Source: Tubiluchus corallicola
Taxonomy: Eukaryota > Animalia > Priapulida
Direction: 5' to 3'
Length of the DNA: 64,000 nt
Assembly (NCBI GenBank): GCA_030141605.1
Contig: JAQGDQ010000004.1
Location: 248,001-312,000, forward strand
The notes under the pieces are model-generated. The model ran no database searches, had not been told where the DNA came from, and saw only the letters and a list, made by a program, of their open reading frames with translations. How positions within the stretch are numbered: the stretch's first letter is position 1; each line of letters begins with the position of its first letter. This document shows, in pieces, positions 14,701-26,003 of this stretch. Made by a program: the position numbers and the translations under genes.

Positions 14701-15268
14701 ATGGGGAAACTTTACAGGCGAGTATCAACTTGGGTGTAATTCTGCACTTGAGCTTTCTTGTCATCAAGTGACCAGTGAGACAATTAGCGATGAAAGCAGC
14801 AGAAGCATGTCACGTAGTTTCAGCTCTGCTTGTGAACCTGCCGATGACTTACAAGGTACAGGAAGCAAACCTCCAGATCAAGGTCAATCAAATACAAGAG
14901 GGAGTAAACCACCTGTACCACCCAGACCATCTACTGCTCCTCCAGCTGTCAGAAAAAGAGATGCCCAGTGTTCCCACATTTCACACCATTCTCCTGTAGT
15001 TAATACCGGTCATGTTGACGTTGCGTCAGATGTGAATGATGTACCAGATAGCTGGCTTCATGGTAAACTAAGCCCTGTTAAACATAAACATAAAATGTGC
15101 ATTAGACTCGAGAAATCTCATGCTCACACAGTGTACAAGCCAACTCAAAGCGTTTTCTTACACAGCACCTATAAAGAAATGAATAGAAATTCCATTGAGC
15201 AATGGGTGAAAAGCCAATTTGATTCAACACCCAACGTTGTTAGTGATGACGAAGTAACTCACCTTTGA
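2796..15268 (+). CDS. TAMALIN: Tamalin/GRASP (CYTIP family) PDZ and coiled-coil scaffold with a long Ser/Pro-rich tail, about 833 aa
   Basis: Exons 2796-2849, 5130-5252, 6079-6181, 11553-11713, 12547-12613 and 13275-15268 are all GT-AG and frame-compatible (2502 nt). SFGFTIQ|[34 protein letters not shown]|[54 protein letters not shown]|[18 protein letters not shown] matches the Tamalin PDZ plus leucine-zipper signature. Ends EVTHL*. AATAAA at 15804. First exon is the least certain. Confidence 0.9.
4790..4860 (+). repeat. Degenerate 5S-rRNA-related SINE-like copy
   Basis: GTGCTTAGCGGCCGAAGTTAAACAACGCCGAGCTTGGTCAGTAAGTGGATGACTG resembles the 5S internal control region and the copies at 39051 and 62824. 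Confidence 0.55.
9310..9323. promoter_or_regulatory. RFX X-box motif in Tamalin intron 3
   Basis: GTTTCCATGGCAAC fits the palindromic consensus GTTNCCATGGNAAC; flanked by several TAATTA-type sites. Confidence 0.5.
9469..9483 (+). promoter_or_regulatory. CTCF-like site
   Basis: CGCTTGGTGGCAGCA resembles the CTCF core CCACYAGRKGGCRSY; motif match only. Confidence 0.3.
10700..11330 (-). mobile_element. Decayed non-LTR retrotransposon reverse-transcriptase fragment in Tamalin intron 3
   Basis: Minus-strand 10953-10700 reads [70 protein letters not shown], i.e. degenerate [13 protein letters not shown] and YADD motifs. Boundaries approximate. Confidence 0.8.
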
Positions 15269-15704
15269 ACTTATCGTGTTATTAATGTTAAGAAATCTGT
15301 TATTAGTGTTATGATTCTTATCTGTACAAAGGCCTCTATGAGTTTCAAATGTTTGTGATTTCAGCTGTGATATCTTGTTGATCTGATTTAGTTTGAACAT
15401 TTTAAATGCCAGTTGAATTTTATGTTTTAGAAACCCTATCAACGCCAAACAGCGATGCCATTGAAACACCATATTTGAGCACATCACGTGATGAATTATA
15501 ATAACCATAGGCAATTAACTATAATTCATACACAATACTGCGCATTTCTTCGCAACCTTTACAGAAACTACATTACAATATAATGCTGATTGCACTGTCA
15601 TGCTAGGTTGCTTGAGTACTTATTTGCTTAACAAAGTATGTCCTAAGAAAAAATGAACTTAACATGTATACCGCCGTCCCAACAATAATTTCAGTAGCGT
15701 AACC

Positions 15705-15734
15705 AGTTACACATGCAAATTTGCATGTGTAACT
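15705..15734. repeat. Perfect 30-bp palindrome in the Tamalin 3'UTR
   Basis: AGTTACACATGCAAA|TTTGCATGTGTAACT is exactly self-complementary. Confidence 0.9.
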
Positions 15735-15872
15735 CAAATATTTTAGGGCTGATTGGTTATCATTTAGAATTAGTTGAACTTTTTTCTATTTTATTCATTT
15801 TCAAATAAAATAAATAGTTTTGACATTATTTGACTCGCGCGTATTACTAAAAGAGTTGACAGACTTTTTTGC

Positions 15873-15887
15873 TTCTAGGTGGCAGCA
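15873..15887 (+). promoter_or_regulatory. CTCF-like site just 3' of the Tamalin poly(A) signal
   Basis: TTCTAGGTGGCAGCA is close to the CTCF consensus; motif match only. Confidence 0.4.
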
Positions 15888-16799
15888 TCAACGTAAAACT
15901 GACTTCACTTACCAATGAAATAATCATGGTAACTTTATGAACATAACTGGTAATAAATGGTAACTCTGGCTGCATCTATTTTTTAGTTTAAGAAATAAAT
16001 ATCCCATTACACCAGTTTATTTCTCGAAGTGATGATGAATTGAAGGTAACTGTTATTCCTATTCAGTAAAAAACAATAATAAAAATGCTTGTATAAAAAT
16101 TTCTATGGCTTCTGTACTGGTGACTGTAAATATCGAATGTAATAGATGTGGTTTGCCCACTGCGCGACATCCTAAATCTCTCGTTTTTGGTTGCTAAGAA
16201 CTTGCGATTGGTCATATTGAGAGCATTATTGATCTTTTTTCTTTAAAAAATAACGTTGTGCATTTCCAAGTGGTATCAAATTATCAATACATGCATTAAA
16301 TAATAAATAGAGAACATCAATTCTTACAGCTTTAGCAATGCGTGACTAAATAATAATATAATCATTAACATGGCTGTTTTAATATTTAAACAAGAATATC
16401 GTATCGTATATCTTACGCTATAACATTGGTAAAAATTGTGCAAATGCAAGCGAATGTTTGTTCTTCATTGTGCGGTAGACTTTTCTAGAGGCATGGCCAA
16501 ACATGTGGCACATTTTTGGTTAGTTTTGTTCACACTCTTTCTGCATGCGAGTAAGTTTATATCTATAATCTCTCTATTTGTTTATTAGTGTACAGAAATA
16601 ACAACACCATCAAGATTGTATTTTATGATAATTATAAGTTACTAACGATATGCTTCTCGAACGTAAAGTGGTATATGGCGTGGCTGGTATAAAAGTCCTG
16701 TAGTGAAAAATCATTTCACGGTGACATTATATCTTATATGCTTTTACTTGTATAGCAGACGCTCTACAGACTTGGGGGCAGAGTTATCTACCATTGAGG

Positions 16800-16930
16800 T
16801 GGTTGCATGATAACGAAAAAAGTTATCACACTTTTATAAGCAAACATAACCGAAAGGAATAAAAGTCTAGACTAAGCGAGAACTTGAACCTACTTGTGAT
16901 GATGACAGAACTTAATTAAATTCTATCAGA
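16800..16930 (-). repeat. Degenerate tRNA-derived SINE-like copy
   Basis: Reverse complement GGTTCAAGTTCTCGCTTAGTCTAGACTTTTATTCCTTTCGGTTATGTTT...AAAAGTGTGA aligns by eye with 40099 onward (GGTTCAAATCCGAGCTTAGTTCCGATTTTTCCTTCCTTCGGCCATATTT...AAAAGTTGTGA); starts with a B-box-like motif. Confidence 0.55.
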
Positions 16931-17164
16931 GGTTACCAATTCCAATCCAACATTTCCAAGTGTTTGTTTACTCACTGTAGAATAATTACTGATCAATAAC
17001 TACAGATTATTTTTGTAATTAGAGTCTGGAATGATCTGTGGCTATTGGTGGTGAGTGCGTCTTAATTCAGTCCTAGCAATCCATTGCTTATTCCAACATT
17101 TCCAAGTCTAGTAGTTTACTCATGTATGAATTAAGTTTTTTTGTAATTCATTCAGTGTATGTAA

Positions 17165-17240
17165 TGGTCGGTGAGTAAGTAACTGTCGGATGGGCTCGTA
17201 GCCCAAAAGCCCTTGGATCAAATCCAGGGTGAGTCATGGC
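17165..17240 (+). repeat. tRNA-like SINE head or pseudo-tRNA
   Basis: GGGCTCGTAGCCC anticodon-arm-like hairpin followed by CCTTGGATCAAATCCAGGG T-arm/B-box-like hairpin; no intact acceptor stem or D arm. Confidence 0.45.
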
Positions 17241-17324
17241 TTTTCACATTGCCTTCTTTTCAACTAAAACTGTAATTAAATAATCATTCACTTCATATAA
17301 CAGCCACATATCATTACAGCCCAC

Positions 17325-18779
17325 ATGCACGATCACAATATACTACTAGACAACTTACACCAGCTAGGATTCGATTATACTTCTCTCAAACTAATTAATA
17401 ATTACCTACACAATAGAAAACAAAGAGTCAAGCTGAACAAACACACTTTTTCAACATGGGACACACCACAGAGAGGCATCCCGCAAGGTACGATATTAGG
17501 TCCTTTACTCTTTTGTTTATACGTTAATAAAATTCATTTAGTTTTACATAATTCAGACTTAACACAATATGCCGATGATACAACTATCTATACAGCACAC
17601 GCAGACTTTCTAACATTAAAAAATAATCTAGAAAAAGACATAACAAATATAAATGCAGCATTTAACTATTTTGGTTTAAAAATGAATGATGATAAGGCAG
17701 AATTTATGGTAATATCACCCAAATTAAATGCAACACTAAAAGTAGGTGACTGTTCCATAGAACAAGCAAAAAATGTAAAATTTTTAGGCATTACTGTCGA
17801 TAATAAACTCACTTGGGATGAACAGTTTCATCAAATACACAACAAGATGGCATTAAGCACGGCATTCTTACGCCAAACCAGAGGCCATCTAACCAAGAAA
17901 ACAAAAATTCTCATCTACAGAAGTCTAATATTACCACATTATCTATATGGTTGCACTTTACTTCAAAACGTTAAAAATGAAAACTTTAGAAAGCTAAATA
18001 CAATGCAAAACTACGCACTTAGATTAATTCATGGCTACTCTAACAAAACTGCTAAACAACATGCTGCTTCTGCAACAAGCTTAAAAACGTCCACAAAAAT
18101 ACCAATATTAGAAGCCTATTGAGATTACAAAACACTGATATTTCTTTATAAATATATCAATAAACTGAGCATTCCATTTATAAACAATCCCTTAGCATTC
18201 ATTCCTGATACCACTTTAAACACTAGAACATACAATTTAAAGCAAATTACAGTAAACAATAAATTTGGAAATAACTCTATATCAAAACAGGCCATACATT
18301 TATGGAACTTACTACCCAATGAAATAAAACAAATAGAATCTCTCCACCACTTTAAAAAGAAATTAAAAGAATATCAATATAACAGGTTTCAACTTCCACA
18401 TTGTGCATCTGATACTAATTACACAGACTCAACTTTCATCTACCCCCGCCCCTGACTCCACATAACGATTAAAAGTGAAAATTTTTTAAAAAAATTATGT
18501 AATGTAATACGTGTTATGTTAGTTTTGTAATGTCAAATGTATAAATAGTGTAAAATAGTCATGTAAAATTTAATGTACTTTTGTAATATTGTTTTGTAAA
18601 AATATTTTACTATAGTGTTTGTAAATATGTTCATTTATTGTATATAGTTTTGCACTTTAGTTTTTTTAGTATGCACTGGACGCATTTGTCTTGAACAGTG
18701 TTGTTATTTTAACATTACGCTGAGGCTTACTCAATTTTATTATAATGAGTGAACCATTTTAATGACAAATAAAGAATTA

Positions 18780-18854
<75 letters not shown>
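17325..18854 (+). mobile_element. 5'-truncated LINE of the CR1/L2 group: RT C-terminal half, 3'UTR and (TA)n tail
   Basis: ORF 17325-18122 has GIPQGTILGPLLF, QYADDT and VKFLGITVDNKLTW. The frame continues past one TGA (18120-18122) through LWNLLPNEIK...FKKKLK to a stop at 18453-18455. AT-rich 3'UTR with AATAAA near 18768, then a (TA)n tract. Confidence 0.92.
18784..18854. repeat. (TA)n microsatellite
   Basis: About 35 uninterrupted TA units at the LINE 3' end. Confidence 0.97.
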
Positions 18855-18857
<3 letters not shown>

Positions 18858-19671
18858 GGCTGTGCTCTCATGGCGTCGTCAAGTTACAAGCGATCATGAC
18901 ACTGGACGTGAAATCTAAAGGTCTTTTGTCAAATTCATTTCTGTTTTTTTACCCATTCGCTCACATTTAGTTTCAAAAATTCAGTAATTATAGGTTTACT
19001 CAATCCCCGCTTAGAAAACTGCGCACATTTTGATCCCTTCAGCACGATCGCCTTTCTTAACATCTCATCATTTTGTTCTAATATTCTTAAGCAAGTTCAA
19101 TATTGCAAACATGTGGAAAGGGTATTGCGGATACATTAATGAAGTCTAGTTAATTGTTTAACTAACTAAGGCATGTTGCATGCTGAATATTAATAAGTAT
19201 AAATTCATAAATGGAGCTGCTTACAGTTGGCTTGTTTAAACTTTGAGGAAAGCGTTTGCGGTAAGTTAAAATAATGAGAATGAGGCCTGTTTTGCCACAG
19301 ATCTTGAGTTTGTTAGATGCCTGTTTTGTAATCAGGCGGCTCCAGAATTTCAAATCTTGGCTGAGCAAGCGAATAAAAGTATATCGTTCTCAAATTGGGA
19401 CAAACATGCTACAACAAACTAGATAGCTCAGTTATTAATAATGGTTGATTAGTTATATCTAAACATTAGTATTATTGATGGCAGAGTATTCCTTTATTGC
19501 GATCACTTTAATGTTCATTATTTTTCAATGATTTTTGTCTTATAAATGGGTTAAGTTTTCAGTAAGGCTGTTTTACAGTCACGTAATTTATGCAGGCTTG
19601 ATCAATGCAATACAAAATGTGTATAATTACTACACAAATGTAATGAAAAAAAATTATTGTTGGCGTTATAG

Positions 19672-20090
19672 ACGGTTATAATGAAGAGCCGTGCATATCT
19701 ACGGGTGGAAACTGTGAGATCTCTAGTTGGTGTTATGGTACCACTATATCTAATGGCTGTCCCACACAACCTAACGACGTAAAGTGCTGCTTGGGCGTGT
19801 TTCAAGAAGAAGAATGTGACGCTGGTGTTGGAGGGACCTGTTCGATCAACTGCTTGGGTACAGTTTACGCCCATAACTGTCCATCACAAGCACCGGAAGT
19901 GACGTGTTGCGTGGGTGGAAGAAATTCAGGTGCGTGTCCGACTTTCGATATTTTGGAAAAATATCGTTTTAGTAGCTGGGGTCAACTGGGTGCTTGGATG
20001 CTTGAGCAAGATTACGCGACTGGGAAACCTTGCTCAAAAATTGATTGGAAAGGTCGATCAAAAAATTTACAATGGACTGATACATTTTAA
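19672..20090 (+). CDS. Exon encoding two tandem six-Cys beta-defensin-like modules and a tail of about 60 aa; 5' exon unresolved, possibly a pseudogene
   Basis: The open frame extends upstream of ORF 19791 to a candidate acceptor (TTATAG|, 19671): GYNEEPCISTGGNCEISSWCYGTTISNGCPTQPNDVKCCLGVFQEEECDAGVGGTCSINCLGTVYAHNCPSQAPEVTCCVGGRNSGACPTF...*. The repeated C..GG.C..C..CP..CC pattern is unlikely by chance. Confidence 0.7.
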
Positions 20091-21004
20091 TTTACACAAT
20101 AGATGTTCTAGTGCACAAAAAAGCAAAATGGCCTTGCAACTTTACACACTGCGCAGATATAATAATTTGTGCATTTCAAACCTAATGTCCTCCCATTCCT
20201 CCTAATTCTTGTTTTCTCTCTTTTCTTTTCCTCTTTTCTGCTCTGACATTTACAAAAAACACCACCGTAGTGCAGATATTAAATAATACAAAATATTTAT
20301 TTAAAAGTAGTTTTTTAGATGCAAGTGCAGCCTCGGGAATAACAGAATCACGGCATGATGACAGACGGCAGCAATAGTAATGTTGCAAATGCAGAGATGA
20401 CATCAGAAAACACTCACTAGACACCCACTATTTGTCTGTATTATCTGACATACAGCAACAACAGGGACATCTAGTAATGACCATATCAGTGATAACAACA
20501 ACGAGTTCAGCAATGGCAATAATGCATCTGTACCGCAGTTTCTCTGTTGCTGGCACGACCAGCAATAATGCATGTTTAACTTGTAAAGAGTAAAAGCCAC
20601 ATAACTCGAGGCTTAGTCGAGTTTTCAACCTTATCCAGTCACCCGCTCATGCAAAAAAACTTGTTAACTCTGAATATGTACGAAACTTGGTTACATCTCC
20701 CTCCATCTTTAATAAGTAACATAGTTTCCACAATACTTTTTACTTTAGAAAGAATCTGTTTCGGTCACTGGAAAATGTTGTTCGTTTATGTCGAATAGAA
20801 AGCAAAATAACACAACAAAGCGCATTTTTAACGCCCTTATAACAGTTTATTCAGTGTTTATTCGGCAAGTGCAGCAAAAACGTTTTTTGTGAATTATTTT
20901 ATCAGCTTTTTTAAACGAATTATTTTAATAGAAACAAACAAGCGACATTCAGTAATTACTTTAATAATTAAATAATGCTTGTGATTATTTTGATTATGAA
21001 ATAG

Positions 21005-22482
21005 GTATACACACGAAGGGGTGTTTCCATCCTGTAGCCGAGGGGACAGTTTTGAACAACTCAATCCAGACTTCTCGTGTCTCCACACCTCTTCGATGCA
21101 GTTCACTTTGTTCAACTTCACCCAACTGTGGTTCTTTTCAGTTCAACGAAAAAGAAAATATTTGTGAACTTATTTCATCTACTGTTACACTGGAAACGAG
21201 TGTACTTGAACCAGACTCAGACTGGAAATACTATGAATTTACAGGTAAACATTTTCCATTCAGTTAATGACAACTTAGATTAGTCTGTCGCTATCGATCA
21301 TCGTCATTGTCATCGTCGTCGTTGTTGTTGTTGTCATCAGTATCACCATCATATCACTGTCGTCGTCGTAGTAGTAGTTGTCGTCACCATTTTTATTCAT
21401 CATGATCATCTTCATCATGCAACGTCATCATTACCGCCAGGATATAGAGAAAATGATCTAAACTTGATAATGAAATCACAGATTTCATTATGTCAGAGCA
21501 AAAATCTGAATAATAATACTCTAAGCAGAGAGCAAGATTTTGTGAAAAAATAAAATCATAAGAAGATGAACGATACATTGCTGAAGAGTGATAACCAGAC
21601 AACAAAGACACTACCAAAGCGGAACGTGATGTATGTTGTAGTGAAAATAGTCACATAACGACGCATATATGTATAATACTGCGATGATTGGAGGATTCAG
21701 AACGATTCAGAACGGTGGTGAGTTGAAACGTCATATTTTTTATTTACTATGGGTTTTTTTATTTGTGGCAACATATTTTTACGCTCATTGAACACTTGCT
21801 TCACCTTTTAGAATGTAATAATTTTGAGGCAACGGGAGCTTCTTGCGTGAGACTTGGAGCAACTGACAATGCGGTTCGTTCATTCGCTTCAGCTGCAGTA
21901 ACAATTTTCGAATGCGTACCAGGTTTCTTTCTGCAACAAGGTGACTTGACCAGATTCTGTTTGGAAGACGGAAACTGGACGGGTGAACCACCTCTCTGCA
22001 CAAAAGGTTTGTTCAGTTTGATAAATTTAATTTTTATTTACTTTGGTTTAATTTAATGTGAAGTGTGTTATTTTTCTCGCCCCATATCAACGAAATCACC
22101 TGCTATTATGAATTGAAGCAAAGTTACCAAAGTAAAGATATTGCAGCTAATTTTATTGAAGATTTGTAAAAGTTAATTGGTTAAATAAAAATTAATGGTT
22201 ATTTACAAATGACAAGTACTAATGAGTTAACTTCCCCCTCTACCAACTGATGTCATCAACTACCTCATCATCATATAGTCGTGAGAGCACTACCAATCAA
22301 CTTTTGTTACCTCGCTATCATCTTTCTAGACTGTATACTGCCTGTCGTATCAAACGCTGATTACATCAAAGACGGGGACAAAGTGATCTATTCTTGCCAG
22401 AAAGGATACGTGCTCTCTTTAGGCAGCGAACTGCTTCGATGCAATGATGGCATTCTAGAAGGCGATCTGCCTGTCTGCACAT
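21005..22482 (+). CDS. PAN/Apple domain plus two Sushi (CCP) domains; internal exons of an extracellular protein
   Basis: Symmetric phase 1-1 exons 21005-21244 (RCSSLCSTSPNCGSFQFNEKENICEL), 21812-22006 (FECVPGFFLQQGDLTRFCLEDGNWTGEPPLC) and 22330-22482 (VIYSCQKGYVLSLGSELLRCNDGILEGDLPVC), all AG/GT flanked. Confidence 0.85.
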
Positions 22483-23889
22483 GTAAGTGCTAAAATAACT
22501 TTTGTCGGTTTAAAAAGAAATATAAACATGAACTCAAATAATGACATAAAGAAATATAAATATGAAGACAAATAATTGACTGAAACACAAAACATGTTGT
22601 ACATTATATTTCGGACAGCGTACATTGATCAAGGTTACTACACCATTATTGAGACATAACACAAAAATAAGTTCAGTTTAATAAGCGACTGAGTTCTCTT
22701 CTTTCTTTACCGTCTCCCCGTCGTTTTCGACTTTTTTTCTTAATTTTAGTATATTTTTGTTTCTCCTTATTTTTTCACTTGTACCTGTTTCCTCGTTAAC
22801 GTACTGTGTTACCTATTGTCGTTAATGTCTACGTAGTTTTAAGGTCACTGGAAGAGCTCAGATTGAAAACGATAATGCCAGTTTTGATGATGATGACAAT
22901 GATGATATTGGAGCAAGTATACTGGTACATCTTCTAATTTAAAGGTTCGAAAATAACCTTCACAAGTGAATCTCAAGAATCGTTTCACAAAAGCTAAATG
23001 CCACTTGATTGAATGTTATATAATAATTGTTGGTGTGTATTGGTCGAGTTATCAAGGTTCAAAATTTTGTGCTTAAGTAGCTCAGCGGCGTATCACTACG
23101 CAGCGTATTAAATTAACACCAAAGGAAGAGACCACATATTAATCCCCTACCTAGCTTTTTTCGTTGCATCGTACATTAAATCATGAAACATTGAATGTTT
23201 TTGCACTAACAACGCAGTACGTAGGTTATTATTATTTATTATGGATAAAACTGTTACTTTGAATGGATTTATTGTAGTGTCCAGTGCACAGAGCCCAGTG
23301 AATTCAACACATCCTATTAATCGTAATAAATATCGAATCATATTCCTATTAGACCACCATTTCTTGATCACCATCATTAACACTGTGAAATGAAGTATGT
23401 ATCAAAATTACGCAGAGACGTTCGTATAATTTGTCAAAATCAGAGGATGTAGTTGTCGGCCGATAGTTGTTTGCATCCGTATATACAACCATCTTTTTAG
23501 GCTTTTTATTTGGCATTATCTTTTGCAATAGACTAGAACCGCAACACAATTTGCCATTTGCAAAATAACACATTTAGCAATAGCACCGCAATTTTTAATC
23601 ATTGAAGAATGCAGTCAGTCAGTATCAACAGAATAGCAGTCAGACCAAGTTTCGTTTATGGCTTTTTCCAGTTCATCTGCTGAGAACGGCAATTTCAGGC
23701 ATAAGTCTGCTTGCTTGTGACTATTGGTAAGTTTAGTTAGTTTTTTCAGTTATTATTAAATGTGTTATTTTCTAAATGCTCTCCACTAAAAATGTGCTAT
23801 ATAGCAATTACGCCTTATCTTTGTCAGTTTCATAAAGCCTCCAGATTTTTTTATTAAAACATCTACGCTTTTATCACAGGCTTCGTTGC

Positions 23890-24260
23890 GGAAATGATCA
23901 GAAAGCGCCCGATGAGTGGGGCACCCCTAAATAGTTCCACTTCAGCGTCTGTAGCTTTGTAGCTTTGCTAATCATACTGTCTGTAATTATTGACACCCCT
24001 ATTGCTATCTACTATGAAATCCTCGAGTGTTTTCTATGACTATTTGTATTGCAATCCCACATAAAACTGGACGTTGAAGTCAGCAGTGCCACGATGTTAG
24101 TCAAGTTGTGTCGTTTCAAAAAATTTTGAGCTGTAACTAGGTTTTGTAACCAGTCCTTCCTTTAGAACATTGGGAGAATTTGGTGGAATGTAGATCGACG
24201 CCATCAAGAACCATTTTTCAGCAATTTTAGTAAGACAAACATATAATCCTGATTACCAGC
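23890..24260 (-). mobile_element. Decayed LINE apurinic-endonuclease domain remnant
   Basis: Minus strand gives LMASIYIPPNS, then ADFN, WDCNTN and SDH across frameshifts, in the order of APE motifs (SIYIPP, GDFN, SDH). Confidence 0.55.
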
Positions 24261-26003
24261 GCTCAGTTCTCTTGTTAGAAAACTGGTAATAAATTCGGTT
24301 TCACGCACAATCCTACACTATCCTGAGTGTTGCTGTCGAGCCATCCTATGTCAGACTCAGCCAGTTAAACTCTTCTACATGGCATACACATTATTTGTTC
24401 CATGTTTTATGGTTACCTTTGCAGTTAGCACGCGGCGGTTTATTTGATTTACAGTCGCTCGTTCTGTGGTGTGAAGTGTGAGCTGCACTTGGCAAATACT
24501 GCACGGTTAGAACACCACTTTGCAATATGATTATATTGTTCAACATAGTTGTCTAGGTTTTTTAATCAAACGTTCTAATACATTTGGCCGATGGGAATAC
24601 TATGCTCTAAGGCATTTTCTAAGTCAGACTCAGGCTCAAGTTTCACCTATATTTGAGGTAAATAAGTTCCATCCTTGTTTCTAAATTGCATATTTTCTGC
24701 TTTAGGAAATTAAATGGCTTCCTCCTCGAGTGATATGTCACAATTACGAACTAAATCAATATGCTGGGTTGTAGGTTTTCTAACTTGGTGCCACCGCCCA
24801 TGTGCTCAGGTTTCTACGACCTTATTATGCCATCGCCGTACTTGTACTTTTCCCCATGCTGTTATAGGCAGTGACAAATTTAGTGCGTGGAAATATCTCA
24901 TTTAAGTTTTTCTTGATAACCATATTGTTTTGAACCAGCTTTTATGCCGTGAGTACCATTTTATGAGAGTCGTATGTAACAAGTGTAGCCAGTATTGCGG
25001 TGTTCACGGTGACAAGATTGCCTTGATGTTTTTCATTTTTTGCGAAAGCGAAGACTTAACTGCACCACTATAAGAAAAAAACTGTTGTCTATTTTAGAAT
25101 TTGCTGAACGTTATCAAATTTCTCCAGGATTATAGTGCCGATAGATCCCCCTTTAAAATATCCAGAACCCTTTTAATACTTGCTTGCACCAGCAGACTGG
25201 ATTGGCTCTATCGCTCAAATCTGCCTTAATTTCAGTTATCCAATTTAATTTTACATCACATTGGAATATTTCGCCCCTGTTTGCTTGTTTTGGGTGCATT
25301 CTACTGCAATGGACTGCGGAATGAAAATGTATTGTTTATGTGTCTGCTTGGAAATATATTTATATATGCAAAGCTGGTAGCTCTTTCTTTCTTTGCCTTG
25401 CTGGCTTCTCGAAGGACTAGCTTCACCAAGACAATATCCTCTGCAATTACCTACAGAATAGTTTTTAAACCAGATATAATTCTCGCTAAAAAGAATATCA
25501 GAATTTATTACCTGATTTTACCAGTTGTCTCTAAATATCTTTAACTAATTATATCTATCTCTAAAGTTAGATAACTATTTCTAACGACCTTTTAATAACT
25601 CTAAATATCTCTTGTTAATATCAATTAATATAAACGTCTCCATCGTTTTCGCCAAGTTCTCGCGATAACACCAATACAAATTTTATATATTCGTTTCACT
25701 GCAAATATGTAAATCTTTACAATACATTCAGAATACTACATAGCTGACGCATCATGTAAAAAACATTGCCAAAGACGTTAGAACTTCATTGGTGTGGGTG
25801 GTGAATATGGTTGTAATTTGTACAGCACTGACTACGCTGTGAAAAAATACTTTCGGATAAATCTAGTCTTTGCATGAAACGAATTCGCTAATTTAGCGAG
25901 CCAGCTACACTTTATGTGGTATATAATTTACATTTGTCAACTTAAAAACAACGCTCTAGTCACAATACATCTGCAAGAAAGTCCATTTTCCACGTTTTTA
26001 CAG

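Noticed and set aside
15266-15268. Genome-wide reassignment of TGA to Cys or Trp, prompted by the TGAs in the SDR exon and the LINE
   Set aside because: Tamalin ends at TGA directly after a typical C-terminal PDZ ligand, and the other long exons have no internal TGA; the LINE TGA is readily explained as decay.
21290-21430. CAT/CGT/GTT trinucleotide-rich tract that could encode His/Asp-rich peptides (similar tracts near 1010, 4310, 20400 and 26690)
   Set aside because: Degenerate microsatellite sequence in introns or spacers, without exon boundaries.
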